This document shows positions 1-8,057 of a stretch of 51,817 nt of DNA, in pieces. The stretch comes from Thermoanaerobaculales bacterium (GTDB lineage: Bacteria; Acidobacteriota; Thermoanaerobaculia; Thermoanaerobaculales; Sulfomarinibacteraceae). The notes under the pieces are model-generated. The model was not told the origin of the DNA and made no database searches. It was given only the letters and a program-made list of their open reading frames with translations. The stretch lies in assembly GCA_024763555.1 (NCBI GenBank), contig JANTFG010000002.1, forward strand, positions 1 through 51,817, in the 5' to 3' direction. Each line of letters begins with the position of its first letter. The stretch's first letter is position 1. The position numbers and the translations under genes were made by a program.

Positions 1-819
1 ATCATCAAGGCGAATCCTTCGGATCAGATCACAATCCGACGCCTCTGGGTCTGCCTCGAAGGCGGCGGTTTTGCGGATGACCCTGAGAGCGCCCCGACAT
101 GGCAAATGAGTCAGACAGGATTCGGGGGCCGGGTTCTAAGCATAGACGGCGGTGAGTTGCTCTCGGGAACCGAGGCTTCATTGGGAGCGGTCGCCCTGAA
201 GGTGGAGGGTGGGGAGGTTATCGCCAACGCACGCATCGCGGATATCTCAATGGGGGGCATCTGGCTGGGAACCCCGTTTGGCCAGGGCCAACTGATCAAT
301 ATTGGAGCCGAGCCCTTGGTTGGAGGTTCTCACCTGCCGTGGCTGGGTGGGTGCGTCCGTCAACCCTGCAGTAGTACCGGCCCCGACTACTGGTTCTTCC
401 CTTATTGGAATGCGTACCGAAACAACATCGGCCTGATCAATCCGAACCCCGCGGCACAGCGTTTTTCCGGAGTCGTGCTCGCCTTCGGAAATGATGACTC
501 GACAAATTGGGTGGAACTTGGAGAGGACGGAGTTGAACCTGAGTCCTTTTCGAAGGAGCTTCCACCTTACGGCTGGACCCAGGTCCATTGGGTTTCGACA
601 CGGGCCTATGGGGGCACTATTTGGGGAGAGTTAAGGGTTCCTCATGCCGGTTTTCTTATCAGTCTGACACCGGATTCCGACCTGCCCTACTATGCCTATG
701 CCTCGGTGATCTTCTCCCCTGACCCGTACTCAGACATCCCAGCCTTCAACGACCCACTCTTCATACCAGCGAAACCCGGATACGTCGCACCCTTTGATTG
801 GACCGGGTCTGCACCATGA
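1..819 (+). CDS. hypothetical protein, 5'-truncated at window edge
   Basis: Frame 1 has no stop from nt 1 into the listed 106..819 ORF, so the gene probably starts upstream of the window. No family is recognised from the translation. Confidence 0.5.
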   Translation: MIKANPSDQITIRRLWVCLEGGGFADDPESAPTWQMSQTGFGGRVLSIDGGELLSGTEASLGAVALKVEGGEVIANARIADISMGGIWLGTPFGQGQLINIGAEPLVGGSHLPWLGGCVRQPCSSTGPDYWFFPYWNAYRNNIGLINPNPAAQRFSGVVLAFGNDDSTNWVELGEDGVEPESFSKELPPYGWTQVHWVSTRAYGGTIWGELRVPHAGFLISLTPDSDLPYYAYASVIFSPDPYSDIPAFNDPLFIPAKPGYVAPFDWTGSAP

Positions 820-1169
820 GCGGCCGGAGCCGGACTGAGAAAGAAGGCAGTTTGTTTCGAAGTGAAAAACAGGGGATGACAGAAGGCATTCTTTGTCGCA
901 AGGTCCCCTGAGTTACGCGTTGGGGTGAAATCCCCGTCAGGAATTCGAAGGCCTGGAGAATATTCTCTATCAAGAGTCAAGCACTCTCTTGGGAAATTTC
1001 CTTGGTGTCCTCGTTGTAAGAGGGGCTGTGGGAAACCTGGCGGGAGGAGCGAGGCGATCTCCCAGAAGGTTTCTGATAGGCGTCCATAGCCCCCGGAGGA
1101 CCCGGCAATTCCACAGCTCCCTCGCTTTGCGGCTTTCTCAGTCCCATACCGGGGTCCAAAGGCAGAGGG

Positions 1170-1351
1170 CCGGAGCGGGAGCGGAAGCAGGAACCGAAAC
1201 CGGAACCGGAGCAGGGAGCCGAAACCGGGGCCGGAGCCGCACATCCGGAGCCGATGCCGGAGCCGGTGCGGGCGTGGTTCTCTGAGCGGAACGAGGGTGG
1301 GATGATGGCTGTCTAATTTCCTGAACCGCAGCAGGGATCCGAGACCGGAGC
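1170..1351 (-). repeat. composite intergenic element, degenerate copy (R1): hexamer array plus conserved boxes
   Basis: The CCGGAG-type degenerate hexamer array spans 1170..1271. CCGGAGCCGCACATCCGGAGCC (1231..1252) is the reverse complement of the GCTCCGGATGTGCGG box seen at 23253..23273 and 37155..37175. CGTGGTTCTCTGAGCGGAA (1273..1291) is the reverse complement of TTCCGCTCAGAGANCCACG at 7199..7218. Confidence 0.55.
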
Positions 1352-1454
1352 GATGTCCCTCGACATTCTGTCCCGTATAGAAATTTCCATACAGAACTCG
1401 CTTGCCGAAAGGAATTTTGCTGCGATCCGCTCCCCTGTGTCATAATCTACTTCG

Positions 1455-2096
1455 ATGTCCACAGATATTCGTATCGCGTTGATCGACGACGACCAGGCAT
1501 TCCGCTCCAGCCTCCGGCTACTGATCAACGGAAGCCCCGGATACCGCTGCTGTGGAGACTGGCCCACGGTCGAGGCGGCCCTGCATTCTCCGAAACTCGG
1601 CGAAGCCGAGATCCTCCTCCTGGATATTCAGCTTCCCGGGGTGGACGGCGACGAAGGCGTCGCACTGGTGCTTGAAGCGTGGCCCGAATTGACGGTGCTG
1701 ATGTTCACAGCGCACGACCATAACCAACGGGTGTTTCGCTCATTATGCCGCGGCGCCAGCGGCTACCTTCTCAAGAACATTGCGCCCACCCGTCTGCTGG
1801 AGGCTCTGGCTGAGGCCCATGCAGGGGGCTCTCCGATGTCACCGCTCATCGCCCGCAAAGTGGTCCGCCTCTTCCGACAGACCTCCATGCCCGCTCATGA
1901 GAACCATGGCCTGACGCGCCGCGAAATCGAGATCCTGGGGCTCCTCTCAGAAGGGCACAGTTACGGGAGCGCGGCAAGCAGGCTCTGTGTCAGCATCAAT
2001 ACCATCCGTACCCACATCAGGGCCATCTATGAGAAGCTTCATGTGCATTCTCAGACCGAAGCCGTCAGCAAGGCCCTTCGGGCAGGGCTCATCTGA
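1455..2096 (+). CDS. two-component response regulator, NarL/FixJ (LuxR-type HTH) family
   Basis: It has an N-terminal receiver (IALIDDD, LLLDIQLPGVDG). The C-terminal LuxR HTH reads LTRREIEILGLLSEGHSYGSAASRLCVSINTIRTHIRAIYEKLHV. Confidence 0.9.
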   Translation: MSTDIRIALIDDDQAFRSSLRLLINGSPGYRCCGDWPTVEAALHSPKLGEAEILLLDIQLPGVDGDEGVALVLEAWPELTVLMFTAHDHNQRVFRSLCRGASGYLLKNIAPTRLLEALAEAHAGGSPMSPLIARKVVRLFRQTSMPAHENHGLTRREIEILGLLSEGHSYGSAASRLCVSINTIRTHIRAIYEKLHVHSQTEAVSKALRAGLI

Positions 2097-2166
2097 GGCT
2101 CAAGACTGACGAGAGATCCTCCGTTGGCCAAAATGCACCGAATCCTGCGCTACACAGCGAATCCCG

Positions 2167-5100
2167 TCATTCAGACTCACCGGATGGAAGTTCCACCGTG
2201 AACACCGTCCCCTCACCGGGCCTCGACCGGACTTTAATCCTCCCCTTCTGCTCGCGGACCAGCCGACGAGCAATGGCCAGACCCAGGCCCGTACCCCCCG
2301 CACCGGAGAAAAAGGGCTCGAAGACCTGCTCCTGAACCTCGGAGCTCATCCCGGCGCCGTCATCCTCCACCGAGATGAGGATGGAGTTGCCCTGATCATA
2401 CCGCCTCACCCGGACCAGGATCCTGCTTGCACCGACCGCATGGCGGGCCGCATTGTGGACAAGATTCAAGAGCACCTGGTGGATGGCCGCCCTGTCGGCC
2501 CAGACCGCAGGCAGGTCCGGCTCGACCTCTCTTTCGACAGGCAATCCAACCTCTTCGTGAACCCCGGCGCTTTCCACAAGGTGGGCTACCAGTTCGAATG
2601 GTCGACATTGAACAATGTTCAATTCGTGCGGGCGCCCGAGTTCAAGGAGATCATCGACAAGCCGGTGCATCCGGTCCGTCTCACGTTCGAGAATGCCGAG
2701 TTCCTCCCCGGTCGAAGGATTAGCTCCAAACCTCCTGCCGAGGAGGTGCGTCACCGTTCGAATGGCAAAGAGCGGATGACGAATCTCGTGGGAGACACCG
2801 GCAATGAGGCGCCCGTAGGCGGCCATCCGCTCACTCTCTCTGAGGGCGGCGATACCCTCATCAACCCTTTGTTCGAGGGTGCTGTTGATTTCAGCCAGCT
2901 CCCGGGTTCGGAGATCGACCAGTTCCTCCAGACGCTTCTGCCGGCGGCGCAAGATTCCCACTCGGCCTCGATTGGCGATCCAAACTGCAAATGCGGCCAC
3001 CAACCCCATCAGAATCACGAACCACCTTGAATCGACAAAGGCGGGCCGAAGCCTGAAGGCAATTTTCAGCCCGGGCTTGGCCCAGCTCATTCCCCGAAGT
3101 CCATTCTGGATCTGGAGAGAGTACTCCCCCGGAGGCAGACTCGCAAAATAGATCCGGCGATCCTTCTCATCAAGTTCCACCCATCGATCGTCGAGTCCAC
3201 TCAGTCGGAATCGAAAATGGAGCTGATCCCCCAGATCAAAGTCGATGCTCGAGAATTGGAGCTCCAGTTCCCCGCGCCCCGGAGAAATGTCGAGCAACAA
3301 TCCCTTACCCGGCGGTTCATATTTCCTGCCGTCCACCGCAAAACTCTCAATTTTCAGGCGCGGCGGGTCGAACACCACCTTTGCGGGATCGACCACCGCC
3401 GCACCCTCGGCAGTGGCAAACCAAAGCCTGCCCCGATGGTCTTTCCATGCAGAGGGCTGCTGACCGCCATTGCATTCTCTTCCGATCAGTCCGTCCGCGA
3501 CTCCGAGAAGACGACAGTCAACGGTCTTTCGCTCACCTGCCACCACTTTCTCAAGCTCATCCCGCCTGACCGCAAAGACGCCGTGATTGCTGCTCATCCA
3601 GAATCGCCCGCCATCGTCCTCGATCATTGAAAAAACACTGTCGTCACAGAGCCCTTCGGCGGTTGTAATGCTGATGACCCGCCCTTCGTCAAAGTGAAGC
3701 AAGCCGCCCATGTGGGTTCCGATCCATACACCGCCACGATCATCGGGAAGCACCGTCACGGCTGCGACCGGAGGCAGGCCATCCTCTTCGCCGTAGAGGG
3801 TTCCTTCGCCATCGTGCCATCGGGCAACACCCCCGAGTCCGTTCGCCAGCCACATCTCATCGCCACTCGCCCCGATCCATGTCGGGTTCATGCCGCCGAG
3901 CGACGGAACTCTTTCCAGGCTTCGGCCATCGAATCTGTAGACCGACTGCAGGACGCCCAACCAGAGAGACCCCGCCTCGTCGCGCGTCATCGACAGCACG
4001 ATGGGAAGTGTTTCGCCGAGGGAATGAAAAGCTCCCCCTCCGCCGATAAAGACACCATCGCCTGCGGTTCCAACCCAGAGCCGTCCGAGGGAATCTTCAC
4101 CGAGCGAGAGGATGTGCGTCGATTTCAAGCTGGAAACGGGTATCATCGCACCGTCGACAAAACGGTAAAGACCCCCGCCGGCAGTCCCGATCCACTGGCG
4201 ATTCCTCGAATCCTCGAACCCACAACTCACGGAAGCTACCCGCAAGCCGTCTGTCTCCGAGTAGACCCGGACCGGGGCTCGGAAGAAACGGACGAGTCCC
4301 TGATGAGCCGTACCAAGCCACAGTGTGTCATCGTCCTCGACCATCAGAGACAGGATCTGGACCGATTCCCAGGCGCCCCCGGGATGCCAGCTCTCCAGAC
4401 CTCCTTCAGCGCCGGCTCGGACAATGCCTCCCCGAAGATATCCGACCCAGACTGAGCCCTCCTCATCACAGAGCATCGCCCCGACGCGGGCCCCCGAAAA
4501 ACGTTCCGGCAGCTCCAGACGCCTGAGATCGTCCGTCCCGGAGGACATCCAGATATCGCCCGAAGAATCCGCGGCCCAGAGTGTGCCACGGCTGTCGAAG
4601 GCAACATGGGTAAAGGTGTCCTCACCCTCTCCCGTGGGGAAGGGTTTCCGGATATGCCAACTCCCCCCAACCCGGCAGCGGACCGAGGTTCCGGCCGCAC
4701 AAAGGACCTCACCATGCTCGGTCAGAGAGGAAAACCATTCCTTTCCGGAACTGTCAGCTTTGGCCACTGATTTTTCAACGCGGAAGACTCCCTCGGCCGA
4801 GCCGATCCAGACCGTCCCGGTATGATCGACAGAGAGGGTCTGGCCCCTGCCCAGCGATTGGTCCGCTTCAGTGAGAACCTCCACAAAACCCTGCCGGTTT
4901 CCGCGATAGAGAGCATGACCGGTGAGCACCCACAGCCTATCGTGATCTGAAGCCAGGGCGATGACACTGCCGTCTCGAAGTCCGCTCCGGGAGACGAGCG
5001 CAATAGACTCGAAACGCACACCATCGAAACGCGCCAGTCCCTCTTGAGTGCCCACCCAGATATAGCCGTCCGAGCTCCGTGCAACTGCCGTCACCGAGTC

Positions 5101-5241
5101 CTGGGGAAGGCCATCTTCCCTTGTCCATTTTCGGAGGACCCGGCCATCGGCCCACCCCCCACCGAAGACGGGCGAGCCCGCGCGCAGCAGAAAAATCGTC
5201 AGAGCAGTGATAACCCATCGCGACTTCATGGCTGTTCCCAT
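2167..5241 (-). CDS. sensor histidine kinase with periplasmic beta-propeller / Y_Y_Y-type repeats
   Basis: It has a HisKA H-box (GVSHEIRHPL) and an HATPase_c G-box (GTGLGLAIARRLV). The N-terminal region has long W/G-rich propeller-like repeats (WVGT, WIGT, WLGT). I moved the start to the internal ATG at 5241 (MGTAMKSRWVITALTIFLL signal/TM), which has AGGAGG 7 nt upstream. Confidence 0.85.
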   Translation of the reverse strand: MGTAMKSRWVITALTIFLLRAGSPVFGGGWADGRVLRKWTREDGLPQDSVTAVARSSDGYIWVGTQEGLARFDGVRFESIALVSRSGLRDGSVIALASDHDRLWVLTGHALYRGNRQGFVEVLTEADQSLGRGQTLSVDHTGTVWIGSAEGVFRVEKSVAKADSSGKEWFSSLTEHGEVLCAAGTSVRCRVGGSWHIRKPFPTGEGEDTFTHVAFDSRGTLWAADSSGDIWMSSGTDDLRRLELPERFSGARVGAMLCDEEGSVWVGYLRGGIVRAGAEGGLESWHPGGAWESVQILSLMVEDDDTLWLGTAHQGLVRFFRAPVRVYSETDGLRVASVSCGFEDSRNRQWIGTAGGGLYRFVDGAMIPVSSLKSTHILSLGEDSLGRLWVGTAGDGVFIGGGGAFHSLGETLPIVLSMTRDEAGSLWLGVLQSVYRFDGRSLERVPSLGGMNPTWIGASGDEMWLANGLGGVARWHDGEGTLYGEEDGLPPVAAVTVLPDDRGGVWIGTHMGGLLHFDEGRVISITTAEGLCDDSVFSMIEDDGGRFWMSSNHGVFAVRRDELEKVVAGERKTVDCRLLGVADGLIGRECNGGQQPSAWKDHRGRLWFATAEGAAVVDPAKVVFDPPRLKIESFAVDGRKYEPPGKGLLLDISPGRGELELQFSSIDFDLGDQLHFRFRLSGLDDRWVELDEKDRRIYFASLPPGEYSLQIQNGLRGMSWAKPGLKIAFRLRPAFVDSRWFVILMGLVAAFAVWIANRGRVGILRRRQKRLEELVDLRTRELAEINSTLEQRVDEGIAALRESERMAAYGRLIAGVSHEIRHPLFAIRTVTHLLGRRFGANPSTGEELGILERETDRMHRLVDDLLELGRPHELNIVQCRPFELVAHLVESAGVHEEVGLPVEREVEPDLPAVWADRAAIHQVLLNLVHNAARHAVGASRILVRVRRYDQGNSILISVEDDGAGMSSEVQEQVFEPFFSGAGGTGLGLAIARRLVREQKGRIKVRSRPGEGTVFTVELPSGESE

Positions 5242-5487
5242 CCTACAGCCTCCTGTGCTTCTCGGACAGGGAGCCGCTTCGGGGTGCCGGCGAGAGCCAC
5301 TGACAAGCCATCGCATGATCATGCGGGGCAAGGGCATGATCTGCTGGAAGATCACATCATCGTGCGATGGTCTCCAGTCCTTGTGGAATCGATACTGATG
5401 ACGGGCCGATTCCCCGCCGAATCGGCACCGGAGACCACCCGAAGGTTCTCGAAAACCGTTGAATGACACCGCAGCAGGAGGTCAAGA

Positions 5488-6855
5488 ATGTTCCGCTCAA
5501 CATGGTGCCCCAACAGACTCCTGGTTCTCTTTTTCGCTATCGGCACCCAGACCGTCGCCCTGTCCGTCCCGGCAGCCTTACTCATTGTCGATCGTTTCGA
5601 CGACGCCCCCGAGGCCACGGCCTGCCTTCCTGAAGTCTCCCCCGACTGCAGCCTGCGGGGCGCCATCATCCATGCGAACCAGGATTCGGACAGCGACGTG
5701 ATTCGCCTGTCCGCGGGTACCTACACTCTGAGTACCGTCGGTATCCTGGAGGATGCCGCAGCGACAGGCGACCTGGACATCACCGAAGCCGTAGAAATCC
5801 AGGGCGAGGCCGGCGTGGTCATCGACGCCAACGGCCTCGACAGGGTTTTTCATTTCCTCGGCAATCATAATTCCCGGCTTTCGGACCTCACGATCAGCGG
5901 AGGCGTCACCTACGCCGGATTTACGGATGTGGGGGGAGCGGGTCTTCTGAATGACGGGGCATACATATCCCTGACTCGATGCACGGTGACGGAGAACTCG
6001 ACCCACGAACTCGGAGGGGGCATCTACAACCGCGGCGGGTGGATCGACATCCAGGACAGTCGAATCACAAAAAATGACTCTGAGACCCATGGCGGAGGAA
6101 TCTTCAACCAGGCTGGATCGACGATTACCCTGGTCGATTCGACTCTGGACCTCAACGTCTCCCATGGCGGAGGGGGTGGAGGTCTTTACAACAATGGAAC
6201 TGCCACCCTGTCCCGCACCAGTATCTATTCCAACCAGACCCACCAGGGTGCGAGCCATTCGCACGGAGGAGGAATCTACAATGTCGAGATTATAAATGTC
6301 TTTAACTGCTCCATCCTGACGAACCTCGCCTATAACGACAGCGGCGGAGGAATATTCAATGCTGATCGCGCCACCCTCCAACACGTGTCCATCGACGGAA
6401 ACTACGCCACTTCCGGCAGGGCCCTGGCCGTCGGCGCTTCAGCCTCGACAACCATTTCGAACACCCTGATCGTCGGGGACTGCAGCAGCGAGGGAGGATC
6501 GACATCAAGCCTCGGCAACAACATCGAATCACCAGGGAACACCTGTGGTTTCAACATCATCGGCGATATCCCCTTCGTTCAGGATGCGAGAACCATAATC
6601 GAATCCTACGACGGCGGAACAGGCAGAGTTCTGGCCCTGCTCCCGGGCAGCATCGCGATCGATAACGCCAAACCGGAGAGATGCACCATGGACTACGATC
6701 AGCGTAACTTCAGTCGACCGATCGACGGAACCGGCGAGGGCGAGAGCGTCTGCGATATCGGCGCCTATGAATTCCTGGCCGAAGGTCCGATTTTCAGTGA
6801 CGGTTTTGAAACCGGCAGCAGCAGTCTCTGGTCCCATACTACGACCGGTTCATAG
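5488..6855 (+). CDS. secreted right-handed parallel beta-helix repeat protein (choice-of-anchor Q-like N-terminus)
   Basis: It has a signal peptide and a CSLRGAIIHAN motif followed by IRLSAGTYTL. Repeated GGGI(Y/F)N turns are typical of beta-helix repeats. Confidence 0.7.
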   Translation: MFRSTWCPNRLLVLFFAIGTQTVALSVPAALLIVDRFDDAPEATACLPEVSPDCSLRGAIIHANQDSDSDVIRLSAGTYTLSTVGILEDAAATGDLDITEAVEIQGEAGVVIDANGLDRVFHFLGNHNSRLSDLTISGGVTYAGFTDVGGAGLLNDGAYISLTRCTVTENSTHELGGGIYNRGGWIDIQDSRITKNDSETHGGGIFNQAGSTITLVDSTLDLNVSHGGGGGGLYNNGTATLSRTSIYSNQTHQGASHSHGGGIYNVEIINVFNCSILTNLAYNDSGGGIFNADRATLQHVSIDGNYATSGRALAVGASASTTISNTLIVGDCSSEGGSTSSLGNNIESPGNTCGFNIIGDIPFVQDARTIIESYDGGTGRVLALLPGSIAIDNAKPERCTMDYDQRNFSRPIDGTGEGESVCDIGAYEFLAEGPIFSDGFETGSSSLWSHTTTGS

Positions 6856-6894
6856 CGGGCGAAGTCACGAAGGGTATGAGCTGAGATATCCCAA

Positions 6895-7296
6895 CCGGGC
6901 CCGGAGCAGGAGCAGGAGCAGGAGCAGGAACCGATTCCGGAGCCGGACCCCTCAGCCGAGAGACAAAACTGAGACGGCAAAGTCGTACTCGAACTCGTCG
7001 AAACATCCCACGAAGCCACCTGCCTTCCACCGGAGCCGGGACCGGAGCCGATTCCGCGGCCGGATGCCACGACCGAGAGGCGATACCGGGCCTGCGGATT
7101 CGTACTCGCAGTGGTCGGAACAGCCCACGATCACACCGGGCTCGGCCACCGCCTCCCTGCTCCGGTTCGGGATACCAGGGCGGCCCCCGGCCCACGTATT
7201 CCGCTCAGAGATCCACGGCCGGCCCTGCTCCGGTTTGCCGCTCCGGCTCCGGCATCGGTTTTCCGCTCCTGCTCCGGATTGCCGCTCCGGATCCAG
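6895..7296 (+). repeat. composite intergenic element, most complete copy (R2): inverted hexamer arms, tandem core
   Basis: (GGAGCA)x4 lies at 6903..6926. The left arm 6915..6946 is a near-perfect reverse complement of 7243..7275. Core copies lie at 6955..7020 and 7071..7165. The TTCCGCTCAGAGATCCACGG box is at 7199..7218. The 7030..7167 stretch is about 85% identical to 23080..23217 by hand alignment. Confidence 0.85.
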
Positions 7297-7304
7297 GGAC
7301 AGAC

Positions 7305-8057
7305 TCAGACCGGAATCAACTCCACCCGCCTTAATTCAGCGGCGAGGATCCGATCCAGGCGCCCCCGGGTATCGCCTCGCCTCAGGGCGGCGGCGATTCC
7401 CCGGGCCTCCTTCTGCCGGAGATCATCCACCTTATTGAGCAGCACCAGGACCCGCGCCGTCTCCGGTACTTTGGCCAGGTAGGCTTCGGGATGATGGACG
7501 ACCGCCGCAACATCCTCCGCCGTGATTCGGCTGCCCATCGGCAGTCCAAGACGCTCTGAAAACAGCGCGGCACGATGCACGGCACGATCATCAAGCTCTG
7601 CGCCGAGACAGTCGATGCCGATGACGAGGATCACCAGCTCCGATTTTGAGGGGATCACCGGCTCGCGGGCGGCGTGGGCCTTGAGCGATCGCCCGGCCGC
7701 ACCGTCGGCCTCGACCAGGATGAGATCCGCCGGAAGCTCCTCCGCGATGAGATCCACCTGTCCCGGCTCGAGCCCGATGAGCTTCTCTCCCGGCAGGATC
7801 TCGCGACCGAGAGTGATCTGCCCCTCCTCGCGGAGCTGCCCTTTCAGTTTCCCGATCCATGCGGAGAATTCCCCCTTAAGAAGAATCGTCTTCAAAACTG
7901 AAGGCGGGGGCACGCGGATCTTTGTCGTGGTTGTACTGATGACGGTTCTGCCCGCAGCACGGGCCTCCCGGGCCAGCGCAAACATCAGCGTGGTCTTGCC
8001 TCCCCCACCGATGATGCTGATCAGGCGCCCCGGGCCGAGGGCTTCGAGGAGAGTCAT
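7305..8057 (-). CDS. yqeC: selenium-dependent hydroxylase accessory protein, YqeC family
   Basis: The N-terminal P-loop-like LISIIGGGGKTTLMFALA, the overall length and its position beside a YqeB-like gene all match the YqeC family. Confidence 0.75.
   Translation of the reverse strand: MTLLEALGPGRLISIIGGGGKTTLMFALAREARAAGRTVISTTTTKIRVPPPSVLKTILLKGEFSAWIGKLKGQLREEGQITLGREILPGEKLIGLEPGQVDLIAEELPADLILVEADGAAGRSLKAHAAREPVIPSKSELVILVIGIDCLGAELDDRAVHRAALFSERLGLPMGSRITAEDVAAVVHHPEAYLAKVPETARVLVLLNKVDDLRQKEARGIAAALRRGDTRGRLDRILAAELRRVELIPV

Noticed and set aside
900-1160. A possible second four-helix-bundle gene remnant on the minus strand next to the 1170..1351 element (AAKRGSCGIAGSSGGYGRLSETFWEIA versus RRAAVSIPANIAEGYGRRS..EF..FL.IA).
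   Set aside because: The resemblance rests on a handful of residues in low-complexity sequence, which is too weak without an HMM score.
5242-5469. A 76-codon N-terminal extension of the histidine kinase ORF.
   Set aside because: The extension is Arg/Gly-rich. It precedes a much better start at 5241, which has AGGAGG upstream and begins a signal/TM sequence.
6900-7296. A possible CRISPR array, because of the short repeated GC-rich units.
   Set aside because: There is no constant-length direct repeat alternating with unique spacers. The units are degenerate 6-mers in inverted blocks, and no cas genes are present.
6767-7438. Long ORFs reading through the repeat elements: 6767..7438 (+), 6839..7195 (-), 22874..23572 (+) and 22890..23621 (+).
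   Set aside because: They start inside one flanking gene and end inside the antisense of another. The arrays simply lack stop codons in all frames and translate to RS, GA, PE or AP dipeptide runs. These are not credible as full-length genes. The narrower question of a short core peptide is kept as a finding.
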